NCBI GenBank assembly: GCA_048013815.1
Contig: CM106585.1
Coordinates: 310,001 to 374,000, forward strand
Source of the DNA: Setoptus koraiensis
Taxonomy: Eukaryota; Animalia; Arthropoda
Length of the DNA: 64,000 nucleotides
Direction: 5' to 3'
Notes under the pieces: generated by a model
Told to the model about the DNA's origin: nothing
The model's database searches: none
Seen by the model: only the letters and a program-made list of their open reading frames with translations
Program-made: the position numbers and the translations under genes
Shown here: piece after piece, positions 41,218 through 51,318 of the stretch
Position numbering within the stretch: the stretch's first letter is position 1
Layout of the letters: each line of letters starts with the position of its first letter

Positions 41218-42089
41218 GGTTGTTCTAGCGATTAAGTCCCCAACCGGATCTTGATGAAACTTCCGGTATAGGTCTATTTCGACCTAAATAAGACGGAAAA
41301 AGTGGTCCGGAAGCCAGGAAACTTCCGGTTCCGGTTTTACATGAAGTTGAAGCTAGAGCTCTAAAATTCACCAGAGAGAGATTTTAGGCTACGCTCAACA
41401 CGTTGACATAATTTTCAGCTCTGTGCAACTTCCGGTTCGCCAGATATAGGGATATTACAGGGCTTGGTAAACCGGAAGTGACCAAATTATTGCTTCGCTG
41501 CGCTCGGGGATGAACATGCGGGGGGTCTGAGAACTCGGCCTGCGGCCTCGTATTCTGGAGGCCGTCACATCTCCGTCGTCGCTCCCGCGACGACTGCGTG
41601 CGACGGGAACCCTTCGGGTAGGGTTGATGAGCGCTTCGGGTATCGGGCTGCGCCCTCTACCCTCCGCTCACATGACTGCAATCCAAACACAGCTGCAGGC
41701 GGGAAGAGCGAACGAACCAACCAACAGAGAATAAGAAACAAGGGATTAAATGACCTAAACAGAAGTGAATACTGGGTGCGGCGCGCACGAGGCACAGGAT
41801 GGGTCCGCTCATCGCAACCGCACAGGGCCCGGCCACACCCTTTTCTGCGTTGAACAGCTATATCTAAGTAACCGGATGTGGCAGAAGATTAATTTTGATT
41901 TCATCGTGCTTCGCTAGGCGTCATCTATCCGATTATGGATTTTCAAACCTCTATCTCAATCTTTTGATAACTCCGGAACCGGAAGTTTCCTGGCTTCCGG
42001 TCTACTCATTCCATGATATGGGGCCCCTACGGGGCCCATGTGTGAAGTTTCATCGAAATCTGAGTGGGGACTCAATCGCAAGAACACCC
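41218..42089. mobile_element. Merlin-like MITE, complete
   Basis: TIR GGTTGTTCTAGCGATT / rc GGGTGTTCTTGCGATT; TSD AAATACCC at 41210-41217 and 42090-42097. Confidence 0.92.
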
Positions 42090-42130
42090 AAATACCCATA
42101 TCCCATCAAAAAGTTTCACCAACACACAAC

Positions 42131-42256
42131 ATGAATAATCAAGTGAGTCTACCTCAAGATCCAGGAGCATCTCAGCTTCAATTTCGCTCGCTCCAAATTG
42201 TTCGCCTCAACGGAACCAACTATCCGTCATGAAAGTTGATCATGAAAAGAATTCTC
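42131..42256 (+). pseudogene. Copia gag N-terminal fragment
   Basis: QIVRLNGTNYPS*KLIMKRIL, matching the copia LNGxNYxxW motif with TGG to TGA. Confidence 0.75.
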
Positions 42257-42520
42257 GGGTGTTCTTTCGGATAGCGCCACAGTTTGATTTGGATGAAAAC
42301 CACACACAGGGCCCGTAGGGCCCCATGACAATGCTATGAGTAGTCCGGAAGTGCGGAAACTTCCGGTTCCGGTTTTAGCTTCATCTTTGAGATACAGTCT
42401 TGAAACTCGGTATGTTACCAAATCAGACTACGACAACCCCGATGACATCATTTTCGAATCTCTACAACTTCCGGTTCTCGAGATATTCAGAAAAATTGCA
42501 TGTATGGGCGAATCTAGGCC
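42257..42520. mobile_element. Truncated Merlin-like MITE (GGG end and arm only)
   Basis: GGGTGTTCTTTCGGATAGCGCCAC, GGGCCC-GTA-GGGCCC, CCGGAAGT palindrome; right boundary approximate. Confidence 0.75.
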
Positions 42521-42819
42521 GGTCTGGGTCTGTTCCTTACACCCAAAGCAGGGTGTCATTATGTCATCTTTACGGCTACTCTGATTCGACAGGCATAGAT
42601 GTTCAACTCCGACATGTCATCACATACTCGCATCTATATTTGAACGATACTTGATCGCTATGATGCATCCGCATTTTCATGCACTATTTTATTTTCGAAA
42701 ATCAGCCATAGTTTCCAAGTTTGTCAAGATAAAATTGCCAATTTTCGCACACTAGATAGCCATAGTTAGACTATTCGACAGTGCGAATTTGGTGGCTTTC
42801 GAATGAATTTTTCAATCTT

Positions 42820-43464
42820 TTTTAGCGCTTAATTTTAATTAAGCAGCTATTGGGATGGGTCTGGGTGCTACGTTTATTCACGTGACTATGTAATCCTATG
42901 GAGGTTGGACTTAGTCAAATTTGTGAGAATCCTGCTAGACATTACATATGTATTCCTATGTAGATTCGACTTGGTCTATCATCGCTTCACTCGAAAATAT
43001 TTCGTATGCGATCTTATGTAGATTTGACTAGGTCGAATTTGTGAGGAGTTCGGTGGTGACAAATCGAACTTCAAAATTGAAAATTCGAATTTCTAATGAT
43101 ACTTTCAGCTGCTTCGTCGAAGTTCGATGGTCAGGGTTCCGTGGTCAGAGTTCGATGGTGTCAATTCGAATTTCGAACTTCGAAATTGAAAATTGAAAAT
43201 TTGATTTCCTGATGATAATTTCATCTGCTCTGTCAAAATTTGATGGTCAGAGTTCGGTGGTCAGAGTTCGATGGTCACATTTCGAAGTTCGGTGGTAACA
43301 ATTCGAAATTGAAAATTCGATTTTCTGATGATAGTTTCAGCTGCTCCGTCAATGTTCGTAGTTCAGTGTCCGAAGTTCGATGGTTACAATTGGAAGTTCG
43401 GTGGTCACAACTCGAACTTCGAAATTCGAAGTTGAAAATTCGAATTCCTGATGATAGTTTCATC
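42820..43464 (+). mobile_element. HINE-2, 3'-truncated
   Basis: 5' subTIR/IR and about 240-bp core as in HINE-1; satellite fused to RT at about 43458-43464. Confidence 0.82.
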
Positions 43465-44480
43465 ATCCTTTGAAACGTCGAGACTGCATTACATAGCCCA
43501 AAAGGCATTCTGTCATACTGCCAATGGCCCGAGTGAGTTCGAAACGCCGTCAAATGTAGACTCTCCTCACTCATCTCAATCTGCCAAAATCCCGAGTTAC
43601 AATCGATAGTACTAAAAATTTTCTTGCCATAGAACGACTCTAAACAGTCATCTACTCTCGGTAACGGGTAGGGCCATTTCTTTGTCTTCTTATTCAGCTC
43701 TCTATAGTCGATGCAAAAACGAGTCGTTCCATCCTTTTTCGGAACTAAAACTATTTGTGACGCATATTGGCTTTGTGAAGCACTTATGACACCGTCTTTC
43801 AACATCTCATCGGTTTGTCGATTAATTTCTTTTCTTTCCTTCTCGGAAAATCTTCTCATGGGCAATCTTACTGGCTCGTTATCAGTTAACTCTATCTTGT
43901 GCTTAACAATACTAGTATGGCCTAATTTGCCGTCTAGTGCCATTACATCTTCATATTGATGTAACAAATTGATTAACTCTCTCTTCTGCACATTATCTAA
44001 GTCATCGCCAACTTCGATCATGTTATCGCCTTTATATGGGATTATCGCGTTAATAGAATAGTTGGATTGACTTTCTTCCATATCTTCCCAAGTGGCTACT
44101 CTGCTTCCAATAGTCACATTGACTGGTGCTGATGAAGCATTAGTCAGTATAATCGAATCTGTATTTGTCGCCATCAAACCGTATGGCGTAAGTAATTTAT
44201 CTTCTCTTTTGAATGGCGTTATCATGACCATTCTATCATCTTCCTTGTGACCTAGCTTAACCTTAGCTGCCACAGACGAATAAGGAGCTATAGCGACTGG
44301 TTCGATCAGGAATACACCACTTCTGGAGTACGCCTTATCTTTCTTAAATTTTAGCTCGTTGACACTCCAGTCTGCTACCAATCTAAGCTTTTGTAACAAA
44401 TCTTTTCCAAGTAACATGTCTTCCCCTATATGACGTGCGACCACTAAAGTGTGGACGCAGGTTCTACTCACGTTTCCTAT
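43458..44480 (-). pseudogene. Gypsy-2 protease C-terminus and RT N-terminal half
   Basis: DMLLGKDLL; RFCIDYRELN, YPLPRVDD, FSTIDCNSGFWQI, MPFGLCNAVSTFQRMM; YxDD lost. Confidence 0.93.
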
Positions 44481-46533
44481 TTTTAGCGCTTAATTTTAAT
44501 TAAGCAGCTATTGGGATGGTTCTGGGCTCTACGTTTATTCACGTGACTATGTAATCCTATGGAGGTTTGACTTAGTCAAATTTGTGAGAATCCTGCTAGA
44601 CATAACACATGTATTCCTATGTAGATTCGACTTGGTCTATTATCGCTTCACTCGAAAATATTTTGTATGCAATCCTATGGAGATTTGACGGCTGTTGTAG
44701 CGAACTGGGCGTAGTTCCGATCTGGGTATTTTGGGTATTTTTGGGTAGGGTCTAGTGCCCTGATACCCGAATGGGTATTTATAAGATGTAGAAATTTACG
44801 GTTGTCGAGTTACCCGAGGTACCGCACAGTGGGCGTTTTGAGGTACCCGACGACCGCTAGCGGTTCCCACTGCTTTTTTTGAAGGTATTTTTGATACAGC
44901 CAGGTACAGACAAGTATAATAATCTCAGAAATTGTATACCGGAAGTGTGAAAATGAACCCGATTTGCGATACTGCAATTTACCCGGGTATTTCGGGTATC
45001 CGAGTATGCAATAGGCTACGCGAGGGTAATAATCACAACCGCATGAATGCGGCATGACCTTTGCGGGTAGCACGATGTACGCGGGGTACCCATGCTCACT
45101 TGTGCATAATATACAATAGCCCTTCCGTCTGCCATGCATCTTGGGCCCGGGCCGAAGGAGAGGTCCGGCCTCCAGTCGTCCACGCCTACGGCCTGCGGCC
45201 TCCGGCGGGACGACTGACGGCCACCTAACTAAAAAAGATTCTTCCCGAGGACTGGGGGTCGAGTGGGCGGGGCCCGTGATCGGGTCGGGTTTCGACCAAT
45301 TATGTGCTCAATTAACCTTGCTCCAGCCAGCTAGGCTCAGGGTTCGCGCAAGCACCGTCTGAATACGTTAATCTGCATGAAATTCCTAAATATCCCTGCA
45401 ACCGGAAGTTATAGAAATCCGAAATCTATCTCATTGGACTAGGTGTGGTCGAATATACCGACTTACCAAGTTTCAAGTTTCTAGCTTGAAGCCGAGGCTA
45501 AAACCGGAAGCAGTGGTTTCTACACTTCCGGTCTAAAAAATTTTCCATCAGGGACCTCCAAGGTACTCACACTGTGAGTTTCGTCGCGATCTGAACTACG
45601 CCCAGTTCGCTACAACACCCGATTTGACTAGGTCACATTTGTGCGGAGTTCGATGGTGACAAATCGAACTTCAAAATTGAAAATTCGAATTTCTTATAAG
45701 AATTTCATCTGCTCGTTCGATGTTCGGTGGTCAGAGTTCGGTGGTCACAATTCGATGGTCGCAATTCGATCTTCGAAATTCGAAATTGAAAATTCGGATT
45801 TCTGATAAGAGTTACAGCTGCTCGTTCGATGTTCGATGGTCAGAGTTTGATGTTCGATAGTCACAATTCGATGGTCACAATTCGAACTTCGAACTTCAAA
45901 ATTCGAAATTCGAAAATTGAAAATTTGAATTCCCAATGATAGTTTCATCTGCTCGTTCGATGTTCGATGGTCACAGTTCTCAGTTCGATGGTCATAATTC
46001 GATGGTCACAATTCGAACTTCGAAATTAGAATTCCTGATGAGAGTTTCAGATGCTTGTTCTATGTTCGATGGTCAGAGTTCGATGTTCGATAGTCACAAT
46101 TCGATGGTCACAATTCGAAATTCGAAAATTGAAAATTCGAATTCCTAATGATAGTTTAATCTGCTCTGTCGAGGTTCGATGGTCAAATTCCGAACGTCGA
46201 ACTTGGAAATTCGAAATTGAAAATTCGAATTTCCGATACGAGTTCCAGGTGCTTGTACAGAGTTTGATGGTCACGATACGGAGTTCGCTGGTCACAATTC
46301 GAAGTTCGATGGTCACAATTCGAACTTCGAAATTGAAAATTCGAATTTCTGATGACAGTTCCATCTGCTCGTTCGATGTTCGGTGGTCAGTGTTCGATGG
46401 TCTATGTTCGATGGTCACATTTTGAAGTTCGGTGGTTAACAGGTTGTAATAAACTCCTTTGAATCCTTCAACAATACTTGTCCACACGAAAAATTAAGCG
46501 CTCGAAATACTGATTCGATCAGTATTACTTGTT
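44481..46533 (+). mobile_element. HINE-3, complete, with nested MITE and TTCGA satellite
   Basis: Same termini; 3' hairpin AATACTGAT-TCG-ATCAGTATT; sits in the protease CDS. Confidence 0.88.
44690..45620. mobile_element. Merlin-like MITE (B-arm, alternative core), complete
   Basis: 28-bp TIR GGCTGTTGTAGCGAACTGGGCGTAGTTC / rc GGGTG...; TSD GATTTGAC at 44682-44689 and 45621-45628; empty sites in HINE-1 (about 5335) and HINE-2 (about 43021). Confidence 0.93.
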
Positions 46534-47577
46534 ACTGTAAGTTCAGTAGTAGATACACCAGTTGTTTGCATCAATCCTGGTCCAGCCGTGTTGAAGTTAA
46601 GTGGGACCTTCAAATTCACTTCCAGTTGTAGTCTCGGGACTAACTTTTCATCAATGCATGATACGGCAGCTCCGCTATCAGCCAACGCCTCGATTGTTAC
46701 ACCATTAATTATAACAGTAACCGCATCTGGTAAGGCTGGTTGTAACATGTTGACTGAATAGTTTATAACATTTTGTTGCCTACTGGGCCCCGCTTCGCAT
46801 TCCGTTTGCTTATTTTCATTATCTGTGTCGACCTTCATTGGTTTTGTCATTGGGCAATTTCTCGATATGTGTCCGAAAGATTGGCAATTATAGCACATTA
46901 CTTTCGACATATCTTTTCTAAAAACGACATGATTTGGATTATTTCTTCTGTCAACACCTTCTTTATTTTGAGGTGTGCTGACGTTCCGATTGGTCGAGCA
47001 ATTCGTACTAATGTGCCCAAATTCACCACAAGTATAGCACTTAACAGGTCTATCTTCATTTGTTTGGTTTCTTCTCAACTTAATGTTTTGTTCATGTTGT
47101 GATTGGTACTGCTGTTGTTGTTGGTACTGCTGTTGTTGTTGAGACCGTTGTTGATTATAGTTCCAACTGGGCTTCTTTTGGTATCTATTTCGCTGCTGAC
47201 CACCTCTCAGTTTACTGCGATCATCGTTATTGATCACTGCCATGATGCTTTTACCTTCTTTCTTCTTCAAACCTTCTGCGATATTGACTGCCTTACGTTT
47301 CAATTCTCCAACTGTGCTGATTTCATCTTCAGCGATGTTCGGGAAAAACTCCGGAAGGAGTTTCCACATGATTCTGTCAACTCTGTCGGCTTCAGACATG
47401 TTCTTATCATAGTCAGAACACAACTTGTTCAAGTCTGAGATAAAATTACCCACATACTCTTCTCTTAACTGCATCCTTTGTTGTAGTTCACGAGCAATAT
47501 TCCTTCTCTCAGACAGTGGAATATATTGCTCTTTAAATGCACTCACCAATTTCTTCAGGTTATTAGCGACTCGCGTT
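46534..47577 (-). pseudogene. Gypsy-2 gag C-terminus and protease N-terminus
   Basis: CYTCGEFGHISTNC, CYNCQSFGHISRNC, ALADSGAAVSCI. Confidence 0.93.
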
Positions 47578-48490
47578 TCTAGCGCTTAATTTTAATTAAG
47601 CGCTAATGATGTAGTGATGTTGGATCCTGAATGGAGGTGGCAATGCACACACAAGCCTACAATTTTGAGTCACGCCCCCTTCTTAGCACACAGAAAGCTA
47701 CATACTAGTTAGAGACTTAAGTCACTCCACCTCCTCAGCACACAGTAGGGTACTCACTAGTTTGAGACTTGAGTAGCTCCGCCTCCTCAGCACACAGTAG
47801 GCTACAGCTTGATTAAGACTTAAGTCGCCCCACCTCCTCAGCACACAGTAGGGTACACACTAGTTTGAGACTTGAGTAGCTCCGCCTCCTCAGCACACAG
47901 TAGGCTACACACTAGTTTGAGACTTAAGTAGCTCCGCCTCCTAATACACAGTGCGCTACAGATATGATCGAAATCTAAGTCTGCCACCTCATCATCACAT
48001 TCTAGCTGTTCAAAATTTGTTTACATGTTGTTGCTTCACAGTCTCGTGTGTAGATAGCTGGCTCTGTAGCTTGTTTACATTCGTGGTTCGAGTTCTACAA
48101 TGAGACTAGAGATCATTTGTTCGTTGAGCACGAAGAAGGTTGTTTCAATGGTGGGGAATTTCGCAGCACCTTAGTCCAATTTGATCGATGGTTGATTGAT
48201 TTTAAAGTATCTAAACATTACACATACTAACCTTATGGAGATTTGAGTCTCTCAATTTCTGTGTTAAAGTATCTAAACATTACACATGTTAACCTTATGG
48301 AGATTTGAGTCTCTCAATTTCTGTGTTAAAGTATCTAAACATTACACATGTTAACCTTATGGAGATTTGAGTCTTTCGATTACCATGTTAAAGTATCATG
48401 GTGTCACATACTCGCATTCATATTCCAACGATACTCGTCTATCCAAAAAATTAAGCGCTCGAGATACTGACGGAATCAGTATCACTTGTT
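47578..48490 (+). mobile_element. HINE-4, complete, with 52-bp (about 47680-47990) and 62-bp (48204-48397) tandem repeats
   Basis: 5' hairpin TAGCGCTTAATT-TT-AATTAAGCGCTA; 3' end near-identical to HINE-0. Confidence 0.87.
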
Positions 48491-48860
48491 GCGACTTCGT
48501 TTATATACCAATTCTTCGCTAAACCTTTTAAATAACGTGGAAATAGCTCACACGCTACATTGTCTGTCCACTTGTTTGTGATGCAACAATAATCAAACTC
48601 GTCGATCCAAGCTCGTGCCTTTGCGTTGTCGCCGTTGAACTTTTCAGGCTCTTCCGGTTTTAGCTTGAAAGTTTTCACACTGCTCTGTATATTGCTGGCT
48701 CCGTCTTCATTTGCTTCATCATCTTCATCATTACTTGAGCTCGACGAACTTCTTTCACCTTCTTCGCCGTTGTTGCCTTCTTCGGGATCTTCTCTTTCTT
48801 CCCTGCTTAAATTAACACCTAATATATTCAAATCTTCCATTACACCTTCCTTCTCTTCTT
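48491..48860 (-). pseudogene. Gypsy-2 gag N-terminal segment
   Basis: PEKFNGDNAKARAWIDEFDYCCITNKW...LKGLAKNWY. Confidence 0.85.
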
Positions 48861-50921
48861 TTTTAGCGCTTAATTTTAATTAAGTAGCTATTCGTGTGGT
48901 GATGATGGATACGTTTATTCACGTGAGTAGAACAAATCAGTGCAATTTTCTATCTAAAGAAAATTAGCACAAGGAAGGCATCGGGAAGCATCTGGTAGGT
49001 TTCATCGTTCTAAATTTACCTAGTTTGTTAGTACAGTGAAAGCTAGGAGGCGGAGTCATTGGAAAACAATTATACAGTGGAAGCTGAGACGCTTACTAGA
49101 CAAAATTAGAAGCAAGAATTCTAGCTGTTTACAAATTGGAATTAGCACTAGAGAAGCTAGAAAGGTGAAAACTAGGTAGATTTAGTACAATAGAACGCTT
49201 TAATGTTGGTTTATTAAATTTAACACAGGAACAGCTAGGAGGCTAAATCACTAGGAAACAATGATACAGAGAGGGCTGAGATGCGAACTAGATGGATCTA
49301 GCACAGTAGAGGGCAAGCTGTTGACAATTAGGATCTAGCGCACGGGAAGTTAGTAGTCATGAAACTAGGAGATCACAGTACAGTAGAAGCTACTCAAGTT
49401 GACAAGTGTCTCGCAGCACAAGTTATGCTATGATTGATCGAACTAGGTGAAAGTGACGAACTTGAAGCCGAGATGCCCATTAGAATAATTTAGCAGAGCA
49501 GAAGGCTACTGATTAATTAGGATCGAGTGCACGAGGATCAAATAACAGCTAGCTTACATTATTGGGTCGCAATCAGCACAGTTAGAGGAACATAACTGTA
49601 CTGCACAGAGTAATAGCTGAGGATGCAAATGCTCTCAGCTATCACACGCACAATTAATATTGTCAAAGGCACATAACTTGATTGAGCTGTGTGATTGCTG
49701 AGGATGCACATACTCTCAGCTATGACAAGCACAATTAATATTGTTGAAGGCACATAACTCATTCATGCTGAGTGATAGTTCTCAGCTATGACATGCACAT
49801 TTAACACAGTCAAAGGCACATAACTGGACTGTGCTGTGTCATAGCTGAGAACGCACAATTTCTCAGGTATGACACGTACAATTAGCACAGTCAAAGGCAC
49901 GTAAAAATTTAAACAGTGTCATTGCTGAGGATTCAGTAGTTCTCAGCAATGACACGTACAATTAGCACAGTCAAAGGCACGTAAAAATTGACACAGTGTC
50001 ATTGCTGAGGATTCAGCAGTTCTCAGCAATGACACGTACAATTTGTACAGCAGAAGGCATACATTTGAGTCGCACAGTGTCATTGCTGAGGATTCAGTAG
50101 TTCTCAGCAATGACACGTACAATTAGCACAGTCAAAGGCACGAAAAAATTTACACAGTGTCATTGCTGAGGATTCAGTAGTTCTCAGCAATGACACGTAC
50201 AATTTGTACAGCAGAAGGCATACATTTGAGTTGCACAGTGTCATTGCTGAGGATTCAGTAGTTCTCAGCAATGACACGCACAATTAGCACTGTCAAAGGC
50301 ACGAAAAAATTGACACAGTGTCATTGCTGAGGATTCAGTAGTTCTCAGCAATGACACGTACAATTTGTACAGCAGAAGGCATACATTTGAGTTGCACAGT
50401 GTCATTGCTGAGGATTCAGTAGTTCTCAGCAATGACACGCACAATTAGCACTGTCAAAGGCACGAAAAAATTGACACAGTGTCATTGCTGAGGATTCAGT
50501 AGTTCTCAGCAATGACACGTACAATTTGTACAGCAGAAGGCATATATTTGAGTGAAATGAATTTTGATTGCACAGAACGAACACAATGCATCACATGACA
50601 CACATCGAGCCATTGCTTCTCGGTGTATGTATTTAAATTAATTATCGTGGCCAAAGACGCATTATTCCGTCATTTTACGTAATAGCTGAGAAAATTTCAG
50701 ATGACTGCACCCACGCGTTCAATCAACCTTGTCTGCGGTATTTGACGGGGTCACGTAGTGTGATAACAACGATCTCTGTAATTTTCATTCACCACACATA
50801 TATCAATTTATCGATTGTGAACTTTAACTGGTTATCATATACGCCCCCAAATTTTCAATCGATACTCGTCCACTCAAAAAATTAAGCGCTCGAAATACTG
50901 ATTTGATCAGTATTACTTGTT
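48861..50921 (+). mobile_element. HINE-5, complete, with palindromic 80/81-bp tandem array
   Basis: Same termini; 3' hairpin AATACTGAT-TTG-ATCAGTATT; removal restores ...KKSNINKEEKEGVMEDL. Confidence 0.87.
49916..50550 (+). repeat. 8 x 80/81-bp units alternating A/B (161-bp dimer), each with a 14-bp IR
   Basis: GTGTCATTGCTGAG...CTCAGCAATGACAC at 49916, 49996, 50077, 50157, 50238, 50318, 50399, 50479; degenerate units back to about 49570. Confidence 0.97.
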
Positions 50922-50980
50922 GATATTCGACTTCTTTATTAATCGGCGTATCTCTTCCAATCTCACCTTGTCCATTCTAA

Positions 50981-50993
50981 GGCAGAACCTCCA
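50981..50993 (-). promoter_or_regulatory. Gypsy-2 PBS, tRNA-Gln-like
   Basis: TGGAGGTTC directly after LTR end ...CGACAACA; gag ATG at 50975. Confidence 0.65.
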
Positions 50994-51146
50994 TGTTGTC
51001 GAGTCAGTTCACTGTAATGTAATGTTAATCTTTATTTGTAAGAGCAGTTATATTTATACTAAATGTACATATTGTAAGTACAGGGTGTACCACATAGCTT
51101 TGTTATTAGCGCCATGCGCAGAAGCCCTTGTGTCGGTTCTACAACA
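50994..51146 (-). repeat. Gypsy-2 5' LTR (outer boundary uncertain: 51146, 51250 or 51264)
   Basis: TGTTGT...ACAACA terminal IR for the 51146 option; TATAAA and AATAAA inside. Confidence 0.6.
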
Positions 51147-51267
51147 ATGCGCACCTATCGAGGAACGTATTCCAGTGGTTTTAAGGAACCAACCCGAATT
51201 AGTTTATTACAAAATCGTTGTTGATATTAGATGCCCCGATCAGAGTAACATGGAAAAATATAACAAG

Positions 51268-51318
51268 ACCAATAAACATACATATACGTATACTAAAACT
51301 ACAATCAGTTATTTAACA
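51268..51318 (+). repeat. 3' end of the copia 3' LTR
   Basis: Matches 41133-41188 except a 5-bp indel; followed by TSD CGCTG. Confidence 0.85.

Larger units (their letters stand above)
43458..50993 (-). mobile_element. Gypsy-2 gag-pol split by HINEs: 50975-50922, 48860-48491, 47577-46534, 44480-43458
   Basis: PBS, ATG, gag, two CCHC knuckles, DSG protease and RT in order; frame restorable across the HINE sites. Confidence 0.9.
41005..51318 (+). mobile_element. Ty1/copia LTR retrotransposon shell with nested gypsy, HINEs and MITEs
   Basis: 5' LTR TG...CA 41005-41188; LTR 3' end repeated at 51268-51318; 5-bp TSD CGCTG at 41000-41004 and 51319-51323; PBS and copia gag start. Confidence 0.85.

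Noticed and set aside
49916-50550. CRISPR-like array (palindromic repeat plus spacers)
   Set aside because: Only two alternating spacer types, eukaryotic context, no cas genes; it is a dimeric satellite in a HINE.
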